A stretch of DNA of 64,000 nucleotides from Andalucia godoyi And28 (GCA_009859145.1 VRVR01000011.1:74097-138096); one strand, 5' to 3'. Counted from the stretch's first letter, positions 40,880 through 53,595 are shown. Notes: generated by a model not told the origin, from the letters alone. Numbers and translations are program-made.

Positions 40880-43800
40880 TCAATTGTGGATGGAGCGCGG
40901 AGTGAAGCCTCCGTGGTCCAAACGAGGGGTCATCCCCTGTGTGCCTTGTCGGATACCTGCCATGGGAATACCCGCCTGCGCACGAGATGCGACAGAGCGC
41001 TTGAATTCGTTAAGCACAGACTCCACGTTAGGATAATACTTGTCGGAAAATCGATATTCCTTTTGAGAGGCGTAGAAACCGGTCTGCGTCAACTTACCTT
41101 GGTACAAGAAATAAATGATAAACCGCCCGGGTCGATTGTAATCAATCGTAATGAAGTACGGAATTTGCCCGCCAATCTGGGCCAAACGCTCCAACGCCGT
41201 GTCCTCATTTACGACGTCAATAAACTTCCTATGTTCGGTCACGGCCTTGAAGCTGCGAAGCCACGGCTCAATGTATTGTTGAGCCAGATCATCCAAGTCA
41301 CCAAACTCAAGGACGCCATGCTCGGCTGTGCGCACCGTGAGTCTCCTTCCCAAACCGAGTTGCGCTCCCAGCTTGTCGTGCTCATCAATGTCGAAGCTGT
41401 ACATAACTGGCTGGTGCTGGCCATAGAATCGGATGGTGCAGGACAGTTGATTCACCGATTTCCTGGACGGGCGGAAAACATACTTCCCAGACCCGCGATT
41501 TGCGAGATACGCATGCGCCTCTGGTCCAGAAATATTGGCAAAGTCTGGGTGGTCAATATTACGTCGGATTAGACGGTTCTTGGAAGCATCCTTCCTGCGA
41601 TTCGCTTCTTCCGTCGCAACATCAATGCGCACCAAGAACGGATCAGGCGAATACAGCTTGTCCAGGGACTCGCTGTCAAATTCAACATAAACTTCGTCAC
41701 TCTCTACTACCCGTTCCCTTGACGAAAGAGCTTCCGATGCAAGCTCCCTTTGTTGACGATCAAAATTATCCACCACGCGTTGCTGAACGCTCCGCAACGG
41801 AGTATCGGGAGTGATAATACCTCGCAGGGTTCCAAAAATCATGAATCGATCGAACGCAACCCGTTCAATCACAATGCTCGTCAATGAATTCGGGGCAACT
41901 CCGTATGAGCCGAGGAAACGGATGTAGTTATCGTTCTCATTCACGAACGCTGCATCGTCTCTCACCATATCTTCCGGCAAGCAAAGTTGGTCATAGCCTT
42001 CCACGACAACACGAACATGAGAGTTCAGCATGTGTCCACTCAATCCTGGTCGGAAACGTCGGATATCGCTCCTGTTCCCGTCCGTTGGCATGAGAGGTCT
42101 CTTGAAATTATCCACATGCACTTTCACAACACCACCAACCTTGATGAAACGCGGGGATTCTCGGGAAACGTGCCAAAACAGCATGCTGGAAGACATCGTG
42201 CGAAGCGGCTTGCGATGATCTGTAAAAGAATCGATTATTTCTTTCACTACGAATTGCAAGCGAGAAGCAGGAACTCCGATGGCAGACGCAAAGGTTTCCA
42301 AGCGATCCTGGCTCTCCTGCAGCCGAAGACAATTTCTCTTTCGTTCCAACTCCTCCTTCACATATGCGGCACAGGACGCCAGAATTCTCTTATCAGACTC
42401 TGTCAAGGAGTGCCAGCCGGCAATTTCTCCATCCTGCGATCGAGCGACCACAATACGCGGATCAGTGCTGGAATCCATGTCATCAAGATCCTTCGCAGCA
42501 GCAATGCAAGCAGCAATCGCATATTGATCTGGGTGGATTCTTGTTGTTTCCAGACCACCAAAAAGCTCCGATTGACTCACTCTGAAAAACCCCGCACACG
42601 ATTGATACACAACCGGGCCGACATGGAAATCCGGTGTATTCAGCAGATCTTCGCGAGCCTGCAATTGCTGTCGAGCTGCAGAGACGCGCATGAACTGTGC
42701 CGCTTTGCGAGGACCGAATCCAGCGATGAACTGCAGCATAGACGCGGAAAATGGATGTGCAAATATGCGGTAAAAGTCGACGCCAACAGTCGAAACAAGT
42801 CGGCACATGACTTCATCAAGTGTCGACTCAACTTCTGCTGCAGTGACGTACGATAGCATATTTGGAGAGCACACCAGCCCCTGCTTTCGAACAAGAAGCT
42901 CGCGGTTAAAACGCTTGATACGGTAATCATTCTTCCGCGTGGGATCCACCATCTGCTCATAGTACGGGTCGGCTTCTTGCGTTTCGTAATTCGCAAGATT
43001 CGACGGGGTGTCTTCTGCCAACGGAAGCAATTGGTAAGTTCGATCTTCATCCCACAAGCCCGATGACTCTTCAAGCGGATCTTGAAGCCGTCGCCCCAAA
43101 GAGATGGCTTTCCGTATCTGCTCGCCATGTTGAGGAAATTCCTTTTGAGAACGTGAAGACTGCGCGTACAGACGGGCAACATCACAAGGAAGAACATGGA
43201 TAGGAATGTTCTTGTTCTGATTCTGAATCCACACGCGAACGTACTGCAAAATAGAACTCGTTTCCATTGACTCTGCTCCAACGCACACGACATCAATGCG
43301 ATTCGATTCCACAAAATCACGGAACTGCGCAATGAACTTCTCTTCGCGAGCCTTGGAGATGCCACCGGTCGGCCTCTCGCCAGCACGCTGCGAAACCCAC
43401 TCTTCAAACACGTGGAAATCACGAACTTCGCCAGCCTCGTTCAGCAAAACCATAGCGCAAGGTCTGTTTTCCTCCTTTGGAACAATCGACAAGACCGAAT
43501 ACGTCCTGATAATCGTTCGATCAGATTCGGTGACTTGGAGAGGACCAAATGCCACAATCCTTTGCAAGGATTGTTGAATACGTCGTAAAAATCTCTTCTT
43601 GGACACTCTGTGCAGGAATGACACAACTTCTGTTTGGAGCTGTGGAATGACATATTTGTCCAGTGCCTCTTCCATAATGAGCGTGCGTTCTGCATTCCAC
43701 GCCGCGCTAACTGCGTCAGATCTTCCGGTCTGCACCATGGACAGCAAATTGACGGGGACGTTCGCCGCATCCAGGATTTCGCTTTCCTCCAACAATTTCT

Positions 43801-45998
43801 TGGTGGATGACGAAAAATGCAATCGAATGGTTAACAGTCCTTCGTCAGCCGCACGCTGGATCAAAAGAAACGTTTCATCCGTTGCGTTTCGCCGATCAAA
43901 GTTCTCCACCAATCGACCGTCGAGAGGAGTTGACACGAAAGTACGGATCGGCTTTCCAACCAAATGATGGACAGAGAAGAATTCATGGGAAGGATCAGTG
44001 ATGGAGTTTCGGCCCTTTGGTGTAGGATCCGTCGAAATGAGCCCGTGGAACAGCATATGTCGACGAAGGATCGCGCGCAACTGCGGCACGCAACTGTAGT
44101 CACGCGCGAAAATCGTCCGCGACGTGCGAAGCACGTCTTCTGATGAAGAAAGTCGTCCACCGAATCCCTTTTCCGTAAAACGCGACGCCAGAATCAGTGG
44201 CATGTCCGTCACGGTATCGCTCACAGTGTTCTGCGCGAACATTAACTCCAAGTTCTGCGAGAAAAGATTCACATCAATAGACAAGTAGTTCAAGAAGCGG
44301 CGAAGACGCGGGGTCTTCATTTGCTCAAACGCATCCTGCCGCTTGTTCTTTCTCAAGTGCTCTGGCAAGTGCTCTGCAAGATCTGCAGCTGAGATTCTTT
44401 CTAAACAAAGGAGGAACTGCATGACATCCTCAACTTGCTCGTGGCCACTGGTGCCGATGAGACGACCGAACAATTCGTCACGAGTTTCAACCATAAACTC
44501 TGGGAGTCTCCGCAAACGATCTGCGATTTTGGACCGCTGATGCGAAAGCTGCACAAATTCACGATGATGTGAAAGAAGATTCCAGACGGAGCCTTCCGAC
44601 AGCTCGCCGATCTTCTCTCGTCGATACAGGCAAATAAAAGGAACGTCAAGATGTTCCACGAGGATTAAATGCAGAGCTCGTGCCATGCACCGTGCGAGCT
44701 CATCGAGTTGATCCGTCGATGTTGACTGCGGATCAACAAAGTCCAGTTTGAAGTCCGTTCCGTATCGAGAGATCAAAAAATCAACTTCTTCTGAAATCTC
44801 TCGCGAAGAAGGATTCGTATTTTCGTGGATTCCTGCTTGCTGCAGACGCTCGGGAACATCCGCAAACGCAAGTCGCAAATCGGAGTCCGTGAGCAGTTTT
44901 TTCTTTAGCAATTCCGGTTCGTACTGCAACTGCATCCGACGGACATTCGGGTCTAAAACAAGTTTAGGCAGCGCCGCTACGGCTTCGTCCACCAGACCAC
45001 TCACACGACGGGACTCCTCTTCGCCTCCGTCTGCTTCATCAGCCGCCCGCTCTTCATCTTCTTCTTCTTCGTCATACTGCTCAAACGAAGGAAACTCAAA
45101 ATCATCACCAAATACCTTGTGATGCATCCTCGTGTATTCATCCTGAAGCTCGTCGCCTAAGTAGTCGTCCGCTTCCTCGACTTCCTCGACTTCCTCCTCC
45201 TCTTCTTCTTCGTCATCATTATCTGCAAGGCCCGGCTCTGTAGGCTTCGGTCGACTTTCTCCGGCCCCGTCCTCGTCTGAAAAATCGGTTCTCAAAAGGT
45301 CTCTGGCTTCCTGTGCAACCTCCTCGATCATTCGTTTCTGCCGTTTTGCAGCCTTCTTACGAGACAACTTCTTCTTTGGTCTAGATTCCCTCTCAGCCTC
45401 TTCATCATCTTCTTCAGATGCTTCCTCGTTCCCTTCCACAATGAATCCAGCCATTTCTTTTCGGAACTGCTCATCCTCGTCGCTTTCCTCGGAATCAGAG
45501 TCCTCCTCTTCAGATTCCGATGTGCTCACTTCAGCAACGTCTTCCAACATTCGCTTTCTTGATGGCACAGACGACCCCGACGCAGAGCCCGAAGCTAAGT
45601 TTGCAGTCGCGGAGGACGACGAAACAGGCTTATCCTTCCTTTGTTTTGGCACAGCAGCGCTCTTCTCGGCGCTCTTCGTCTTCCTCATCTTCAACCGCTT
45701 TTGCGACTCGGTCTCAGAAGATGACTTCTCTTCGTCATCACCAACTCGTTGAACCTCAACGCTGTCATCCTCATCTTCATCCAATGCAACGCGCGAGCGA
45801 GCTTTCTCTGAAAGGAAAATAAAAAGGCGATGAACAAGTTAGATAAAGAAGCTCTCCCTTTTTCTTTTCTTTTCTTTGTGTGTGTGTGTCGTTTTTTTGT
45901 CTTTTTCATTTTTAAAAAGAAAAAAGCTTTCCCTTCCTTGGAATGAGACGCAGACATAGTTGGGGAAAAAACATACCAGGCTGTTCAGAATCGGCCAT
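40880..45998 (-). CDS. SPT6: Transcription elongation factor SPT6; 22-nt first exon 45998-45977 and main exon 45807-40880
   Basis: Acidic N-terminus, ADVPERLQ, YqgF-like and HhH region (SLGRRLQDPL, QFIAGFGPRKA), tandem SH2-like C-terminus. Donor GTATGT at 45976, CTAAC branch, acceptor TTTCAG at 45808; in-frame join MADSEQPE-KARSRVALDEDEDD. Confidence 0.93.
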
Positions 45999-46497
45999 TT
46001 CTATTTGCACCACAAAAAGACAACTCGAATAATAAAGAAGGTGAACTGCAGCAAAGTTTAAAAAGGGGGGATTATAAGGTAAAGGCGAAAAGAAGAAGAA
46101 AGTAAAGCAATAACAGAATATTTTGAAAAACGCGTCGAAAAGGCGCGTCGAAGGGACACAGGAGCTTGAAGAATCGACTCATGCCAAGAGGTTTGTTTTC
46201 TGCACGCGCCCTCCTCCACCTTTATTTTCTTTTAAGTTATTTGTGTGCTTCGTTTTGAATATCGAATTTTTCCGATGCCCTTCTCTGTGTGCGTGTGTGT
46301 GGGTGTGCCCGTCGTAGAACAAGCTGCAGGACACAGCGCTTGTCATCGTGAGCCAAACCTCCAACAAACTGCAGTGGTTGTCCTTTCTTCGCCGTCCTGC
46401 TCCGCATCTTTCTTTTCCTTTCTTCTTCCTCTTCTTCTTTTTCATTCTGACTCGGTCTTCACTCCCCCTCTTTTTAAAAAATAGTGTTTGGGGGCGC

Positions 46498-47849
46498 ATG
46501 TCGATAGCGCAAAGGAGGATGAATAACATCAAACAAGAAGGAGATGTTCAGAATCAAGAAGAACAGCCACTGTTCTTCTCTGTCAAGCACACGGTGAATA
46601 TTCCAGACGACTTGAAAAAACCGACGCTGTTGTGTATGTCCATCTGCTACAATCATTTCTTTTTGTTCTGTTTGTTTGGGTTGGTTGGGTGACGGGTATC
46701 CTATGAAGCAGTAGAAAAAAGGCTAATTTTTGTGTTCTTTTTTCCGCTTCCATGTTGAAATCTTTTCTTTTTACTTTTTTGTGCGTTTGTGCGCTTGTGT
46801 GTTTGTTTGTTGTTGTTGTTGATGATGATGATGATGATGATGATGATGAGTCCACCTGCGCAGATCTCCATGAAGTTCCACAGTGGTTTGAGGATAGATT
46901 CCGGAAGTTTGATGATACGATCATACGATCTTTTCAAAGCGGGGTTTTCAGCTTGAAGTTTTTCAAATACTTCAGCTTAATGTTGACACTGCTGACCACA
47001 ATTGAGCTTGGCACAACCACCCCACTTGTGCTTTACGTCCTTGGTTATGATACACAAGCGTATCATGCTCTGTTCTTAGGATTTACTGTTGCGTTTCTGT
47101 CTCAAATTCCAAAACGCTTTTTGTGGCGATACCGGCCGTATGTGGTGCAGCGAGCGAGAAAAGTTCGCAAGGACAAGACGTCGTCATTTCCTTCGCGGGC
47201 CGTAACGTGTGCTGTCGTTTACGCATTCTTCATCTGCCAAGCTGCGAGCGGACAGTACGTATCTGCGGCCACGATTCCGTCAATCATGTTTGCTGCAGTC
47301 TGCTCTTCGTTTGCCCGGATCAATCTTGGAGTCCATTATCCATCAGACTGCTTGTTTGGGTTTCTCCAAGGTATTGTGTCTTGCATCCTCGGATCTCTTT
47401 TGGCGCTTTCTTTCCCAGAGCCGTTGTATTACTCTTCCTCGACGGGTGATGCCCGTCACCGGATTACATCATGGTCTGGAGACTATGTGAATTGGAAGAT
47501 CATCTTCGTTACGCTGATCATTGCAGAAGTCGTGGCCGTCCTGTCCGTTCTTCGGCCGTTGCGATTTTGGGTCAAGTCCCATCATGTGTTTGGGATGCTC
47601 TTCCCTTCTGCATGTTTCCATTTGGCATTCGTGAATCCGAAGTGGTCACCTCACGAGGGTGCCTTGCAAAGTCCCGTTTTGGCGCCTCCTGCTGCTGCTT
47701 TTGCTGTTGCAGGTGCGCTTGCCGTATATTGTACTCTTGTCGGGTACGTCGTCAAAGGAAAGGGCGTGCTGACATGTGTTTTTGCGATTACATTGCTGTT
47801 CGGGTCCGTGTTTGTGTGTGTGGGATCCTGGAGAATTCATTCTCAGTAG
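46498..47849 (+). CDS. PAP2 (type 2 lipid phosphate phosphatase) superfamily membrane protein; exons 46498-46633 and 46864-47849
   Basis: C1 KRFLWRYRP (KX6RP), C3 ARINLGVHYPSD, C2 variant FPSRA; donor GTATGT at 46634, acceptor GCAG ending at 46863, phase 1 in frame. Confidence 0.82.
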
Positions 47850-47980
47850 AATTTGGAGCTTTGCTCAATGAACCCAACAAAGTTGGAAGGACATCCCAAT
47901 ACCTTTATACGGATGCCAATAGATGGAGAAGGGAAAAAGATACTCTGACCACTCAAATACCGTGTCGAAGTAAATCGCAA

Positions 47981-49633
47981 CTACGAATGAGATGTTTGTG
48001 AATGTGAATATGCATGAGAAGACGACGAAGGCGGCACAGGAAGTGGGGGGGCAGTGTTGTTTCTCGGTGGAGACGCTGGGTTCATTTCCGGGAGCGTGCG
48101 AATGTCCGCAAGCAATCGGATCTCGTCGTAATTCCTCTTCCATTGCAGAATTTCACGTTCATGCCGCGACTTGAGGGTTTGAATTTCGTGCAGCAGGAAT
48201 TCGTTGCTTTGCAGAAGAGATCTGTGCGTTTCTTGGAGCATAGTCATCACCGAGTCTGAGCGGGAGCCGTGCGATTGCGTAGCATCCAGCTTTCCTTTCA
48301 GCTCTGCAATTTCTCGCGCCCCCTTATCTCGCTCTTCGTTCACTGCTTGTTTTTCTCGTTCGACCTTGAGCAGCTGTTGTTCCAGTTCCCGCTCTCGAGC
48401 CAAGCTCTTTTCGACAAAGAGCTGGGCATGATCTTTCTCACCACGCAATTCTTCAGTGATTCGCACAAACTTCTCTCTGTCGCTCTGTCGCTCTGTTTGC
48501 ATCCCCACAAACACCGATCTTAGGTTCGCCTGAAACGTCTTGTTATTGCCCAGCGACAAACCCGTGTACTTCTGATCTCGCAGAGCTTCCGTGGTGTAGA
48601 ACAACACTGCCTTGACGAACGAATCGGCGTGGTCCACGATCGCCTCTGGCCGCGGTAGATCAATATCAGAGTCCAGAATCATTGTCGTCGCGGCCGCTGC
48701 TGCTGCAGCAGACGACGATGATGATAGTGATGACGACGGGAGAGGAGGTTGTCGAGGAGGGAGCCCCGAGACTGTGGAGTACGACTTGTTCAGCTCGGAA
48801 GCCGAGAGCGGATGTGGATTGGGCCCAGTTGACGACTGCCTTTTGGACTGATCCGCGTAGTCCGTCTTGTTGTAGTTGTAATAGGCTTCATTCTTTCCGT
48901 CCTCTGAGTCCGAGTCACTGATGATCCCGCGCCGAGGAGACCGAGACTCCGCGGCAGCAGCTTCATTTCGAGCAGCGGCCTTTCTCGATGCCGATGAATT
49001 CAGCGATTCTTTTGCAGATAATACGAGTTGTCTGAGCATTTCAGTTGAAATCTCCAGCTTGGAAGCACGCTTCTTCTTTTCCAATTTGCGATCAGTACTA
49101 ACAGACGATGACGACGACGCTTCCGAACTCTCACTTTCCGATGCACTCGACGGCGTCCCGAACCGATCCACTGTTTCCGGCGATGATTGCCCCGCAGCAC
49201 CCGCAGAAGTTTGTTTCATATATCTGAGACTCGATTTCTTCTTTGGCGAAGAGGACGACGGCGGAGACTGCGCATGTCTGTGCTTCCTACTACTACTACT
49301 ACTACTCCTACGACTACTGCTATTAATGTTGGCAGTAGCTGATGTTGCAGCGACACCGATGTCGCTGTTATGGACACTGCTTGCGTGATTCGCGGAAACA
49401 TTTTTCTTTTCTTTCGGAGCGCTTTCAGGTCTTTTTGGATTTGAAATCCGTGGAATCGCCATTCGCTCGGGGTCCGCAGACGGTCGCATGATACCTGCAG
49501 TTAACGGCCGAGACAGAGACGACGAAAGATACGAAGCTGATGCAGCATTGGACAGTGTTCGCCGACGAGTCTTTTCTGATTCCCGCACAAACTCGGAAAA
49601 CGAAGGAACCCGAGATGAAAATTGTTTTGGCAT
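47981..49633 (-). CDS. Hypothetical Ser-rich protein with C-terminal coiled coil
   Basis: 550-aa ORF; coiled coil EKDHAQLFVEKSLARERELEQQLLKVERE...HEREILQWKRNYDEI. Confidence 0.72.
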   Translation of the reverse strand: MPKQFSSRVPSFSEFVRESEKTRRRTLSNAASASYLSSSLSRPLTAGIMRPSADPERMAIPRISNPKRPESAPKEKKNVSANHASSVHNSDIGVAATSATANINSSSRRSSSSSSRKHRHAQSPPSSSSPKKKSSLRYMKQTSAGAAGQSSPETVDRFGTPSSASESESSEASSSSSVSTDRKLEKKKRASKLEISTEMLRQLVLSAKESLNSSASRKAAARNEAAAAESRSPRRGIISDSDSEDGKNEAYYNYNKTDYADQSKRQSSTGPNPHPLSASELNKSYSTVSGLPPRQPPLPSSSLSSSSSAAAAAAATTMILDSDIDLPRPEAIVDHADSFVKAVLFYTTEALRDQKYTGLSLGNNKTFQANLRSVFVGMQTERQSDREKFVRITEELRGEKDHAQLFVEKSLARERELEQQLLKVEREKQAVNEERDKGAREIAELKGKLDATQSHGSRSDSVMTMLQETHRSLLQSNEFLLHEIQTLKSRHEREILQWKRNYDEIRLLADIRTLPEMNPASPPRNNTAPPLPVPPSSSSHAYSHSQTSHS

Positions 49634-50415
49634 ATCTTTCTCTTTCTCTTTCTCTTTCTCTTCTTCTTATTCTTTGTGGCTCTGTGCTTTCTTTTTTTGG
49701 ACTTTTGTTGGGAATCAACAAACATCAATAGAAGAAAGACCATAAAAGAACCAAAACAAATAGCAAAACAAAAAAGAAAAACGGGCGCGCACACACGCAC
49801 GCTAACGGTGTTGGCTTATTATTTTTTTACAGCAGACGGGTGAAAAAGAAAACCTTTCCTCACAAAAAAAGGAAAAAGAAAAAAAGAAACAGCCGGTCGT
49901 AGTGACTTTCTGATGACCGCCGCGCCCTAATTTTCACAGCGGGAAAACAGGCCGCGCAATCTGTCCGTTTTTGCTGCATAAAAGTGCGCACTGCCCGTTT
50001 CAATTGCAGCTCAGTCTTTCCCTCCCTTTCCTTTTCCCAGTCTTCCTTTTACCTTGTTTCGAATTTTTCTTCTTCTTCTTTTGCATTTCTTTAACCATTT
50101 TCCCTCCTTTTTTTTTCTTCTTCCTCTCCTTCTTCTTTTTCCTTTCTTTTCCTTCATTCTTTATTCTTTTTGTGAGTGGACAGAAGCTTATTTTTGTTAT
50201 TGTTTTATTTAAATTGCTATTCCTTTTTATTGCGGTGTTCTCTCTCGGGTACTCTGTGATATTATATATATATATACATATATAACTTTTCAGAGATTCT
50301 AGGTTGTTCGTGTTGCTTGTTGTGGGCTGCGTTTTGCGTGTTGTCAACCGGTTCTTTCGCAACGTTCTCTCTATCTCAGGAAGAAAAAAAGGGAGGGAAG
50401 AAAAAACAAGGCAGA

Positions 50416-51399
50416 ATGTCGCAGGAGTCCATTTCTTCGCTTTTGGCAACCGCAGACGACATGATTGCGTCTCAACCGCTGTCACAAACGATTGTCGGAA
50501 TGGAAATGACTATGCACTCGAATTCCAATTCGCAGCTGGCGCTGTCTTCGATTTCCAATCCCGTTCACAGCTCATTGGCAGCTTCCGCGACCAACAGCAA
50601 CAACAGCCAACCTTGTGCTTCGGCGTTTTCCACGGTTAGAAGACCGGTCCCTAGACCGGGGGTCGGCACTTCTGTCGCTGCCATCCCATCGACACTTTCA
50701 CAACTTGCTAGTTCCAACAAGAGCAATTCGTCTACCGTGTCTGCTTCGGCGGCACTGCTGACGAGAAAGCGAGTATACAGTGATGTTGCATATGACGACT
50801 CGATGGAAAACAAGGAGAATGCAATCATTCGACGATCTCCAGACATGAAGGAAGAGGAAATTGCGGATAACGCACTCACGATGCTGTCGCATGAAGCCAT
50901 GAAATCTCGGAAGCCATCCCCGAAAAGCAAGCTCCAGACGGACCCGAATCCAATGTCCGTTACGCCAAAGCCTGTTGCGATGGATCCGAGAAGCCCGCAT
51001 GCCTTCCAGCCGTCAAGGATCAGTGGCAGAACTCCAACAGATGAACTGTCGAGTGTGCTGAGGTTGACAACAGATGGAACCAGCACCAGCTCTCTGTTCA
51101 GGAATTCTTCCGAGATTGCACCGATCAAGAAGTCGGGGTTGAAGGGAGCGGATTTCGAAAAGCTCAACAAAAATCTTGCGATGAAACCCGTTGTGGAGGA
51201 GGCCCCGATCGAAGAAGTCAAGCTGGAAGCACCAAGCACTGCGCTCAGCGCAGGACCGGCGTTCCAAGCTTTTGTTCCTGATGCGCAGCGAGTTAGAAGA
51301 GAGAAGGATCTGGCAAAGGTAGCAAAGGTCACAATTCTACCACCTGGAAAGCGCAGCAAACGCGACCCTGTTGAACCAATCACGACGTATTTCTTCTAA
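50416..51399 (+). CDS. Disordered protein with KEN box and C-terminal PIP-box-like motif
   Basis: Start MSQESISS at 50416; NKEN at about 50809-50820; several SP/TP sites; ends VEPITTYFF*. Confidence 0.65.
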   Translation: MSQESISSLLATADDMIASQPLSQTIVGMEMTMHSNSNSQLALSSISNPVHSSLAASATNSNNSQPCASAFSTVRRPVPRPGVGTSVAAIPSTLSQLASSNKSNSSTVSASAALLTRKRVYSDVAYDDSMENKENAIIRRSPDMKEEEIADNALTMLSHEAMKSRKPSPKSKLQTDPNPMSVTPKPVAMDPRSPHAFQPSRISGRTPTDELSSVLRLTTDGTSTSSLFRNSSEIAPIKKSGLKGADFEKLNKNLAMKPVVEEAPIEEVKLEAPSTALSAGPAFQAFVPDAQRVRREKDLAKVAKVTILPPGKRSKRDPVEPITTYFF

Positions 51400-52173
51400 C
51401 TACATCCTTTTTTTTTATCTCGCCTGGTGGAAGGTGTGTGCATTTCGGTTTTGCTTGCCGTTTTCCGATCCTTCCTTTCTGATTCTTCTTCTTTTACGGT
51501 TCTCCTCGTGTTCGACGAACGGATCTCTTTGATTTTCTGCACTCGTCGCTTCGTTGTGTTTCCAGCAAGAAGCTTTTTGGTTGTTGCTGTTGTTTTCTTC
51601 TTTTATTGGAGTCGTCCTGGACCATTCTTTATAATTCACGTTTCGTAGCGTGTTTTTTTTTTAAACTTCCTCTGTTGACGGAGTTCTTGACACGGTCTTC
51701 GCTGTGGCGTCCACACACAGCTCCTTTTCCCAGCTCTACCCTCAACCCCTTTCTCGTCCATTTCATTTTTCACCACACCCTCTGGTTCTGCACATGGAGG
51801 AATCAGCAGAGGCCTATTTGTCTCCATCAATAGTAGAATCACCATAAAACGTGTACCATAATAATTGCTTTGTCCTGTATCTACCCGGAACCGAGAACTG
51901 AAGCAAATCTGCAAATCACGCAGAAGAGAGGCTCTTTGCTTCCGATTCTCCATGCGGACCCTGAGCTGGAACTGCTGTCGTAGTCCAAGTGAACATTAGG
52001 AGTTCCGACAAACGAGTGTGAGAATAAATAGCCTTTTTGTTTTGTTTTTGGCGACACCAAAATGAATGCATCACTCGCATACCAGCACATTCGAATTTAC
52101 TTGCCGACAAAAGTCTTGTTAGGTTGTTTGATTTTGGCGAGAAAGAGTGCGAAAAAACGAAAAAGAATATCAA

Positions 52174-53289
52174 ATGTCTGAATCAGTGCCGTCTTCTGAT
52201 GGATGCCCCTTTATGAGTGGAAAGGTGACTGCGGAGGGAACGCCGATTCCCGCGGCATTCAAGCCATTGGATGTTACTTACTGGGACTACATCGCAACGG
52301 ATGTGCTGTTGAACTCACAGACGCCTGCATCGGGTCTCCATCACCATGATGAGCATTTGTTTATTCTTGTTCATCAGGTGTTCGAGCTTTGGTTCAAGCA
52401 GATCATTCGAGAGATCGAATCGGTTCGAGAATTCATGATTGCATGTGCGTCGCAGAAGACGCCGAGCATCTCGCCCTCCATAGCGCTCACTCGGCTGAAC
52501 CGTGCGGAAAAGATCCTCCGACATTCCCACTCGATTTTTGGAGTCCTTGAGACTATGCATCCTGCCGAGTTTGCGGAGTTCCGGGACTTCATCGGCCCTG
52601 CCTCCGGATTTCAGTCTGTGCAAATGCGAGAGCTGGAGATCCTTCTTGGCATAGGAGAGAAGGATCGCATCCAAAAGGATGGTAAGTCGTATACGTTTGC
52701 ATTTGGAGAGAAGCAAAGGCAGACGATTGCGTCCCGAGAAGCCGAACCAAAGATGAAGGATGTGTTGCAAGATTTCTTGGCTTCGTTCCCGGTTCCGGCG
52801 CGCTTTGAGCAGGAGTTCTTGAAGGCAAAAGACAAGCATTTAAGAGACCAAAAGATGATGTGGTTCAATGGAGACCTTCCGCGAGTGCAGGAGGCAGTTG
52901 CGATGGAATTGAAGCCTACCCAGGATTTCTTGGCCATGGAAGGGGTATCCGAGGATGCTCGCAAGGCACGAATTGCGGCATTGTTCATTGAGTCGTACCG
53001 TGATTCAGGAGACGCAACCATGTTTGTGTTTGCACAGATTTTGGATGCCGTCATTGCGTTTGAAGAGGCTATGATTCTATGGCGTCACTATCATGCTCGG
53101 ATGGTGGAGCGCATCATTGGTCGCCGCGCTGGAACTGGTGGCTCGTCCGGCGTCGACTACCTGGACAAGACGTCTCACTATCGCATCTTTGTTGATCTAT
53201 GGCGGGCACGTGCCGTCCAAGTGAGGCCGTCGCTTCTGCCTCCGTTGACGGAAATTCGTGCCGCCACGGAGGTAGATTCTGCAATTTGA
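52174..53289 (+). CDS. TDO2: Tryptophan 2,3-dioxygenase
   Basis: HDEHLFILVHQVFELWFK, FRDFIGPASGFQS, WRHYHARMVERIIGRRAGTGGSSGVDYL. Confidence 0.95.
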   Translation: MSESVPSSDGCPFMSGKVTAEGTPIPAAFKPLDVTYWDYIATDVLLNSQTPASGLHHHDEHLFILVHQVFELWFKQIIREIESVREFMIACASQKTPSISPSIALTRLNRAEKILRHSHSIFGVLETMHPAEFAEFRDFIGPASGFQSVQMRELEILLGIGEKDRIQKDGKSYTFAFGEKQRQTIASREAEPKMKDVLQDFLASFPVPARFEQEFLKAKDKHLRDQKMMWFNGDLPRVQEAVAMELKPTQDFLAMEGVSEDARKARIAALFIESYRDSGDATMFVFAQILDAVIAFEEAMILWRHYHARMVERIIGRRAGTGGSSGVDYLDKTSHYRIFVDLWRARAVQVRPSLLPPLTEIRAATEVDSAI

Positions 53290-53595
53290 TTGCCTTTTTG
53301 GTTGGATGTGCCGTGCTTGTTTGCATCATCCATTTCTGTTTGCTGCTGATAATAAAGCGTTCGTCAAATGCGAAACCCGATTCTCTAACAGACAAGATTT
53401 TATCCATTTCCGTGAATGTGGTGGGGAGGCAATCTGCAGACTTTGGACATTCAACAGAAGCGCGAAAAGGGCGGGGGGAAAGACGTACAAACAGAAAATG
53501 ATGATCAAAGCATACGAAACAAAAACAAAAACAAAAAAGAAAAAAAGAAAAGAAAAGAAAAGAGCGAACGAGATCATGAATAACGATACCTCGTT

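Noticed and set aside
41987-42856. Long + strand ORFs inside SPT6 (also 40679-41572)
   Set aside because: Antisense shadows of a well-supported gene
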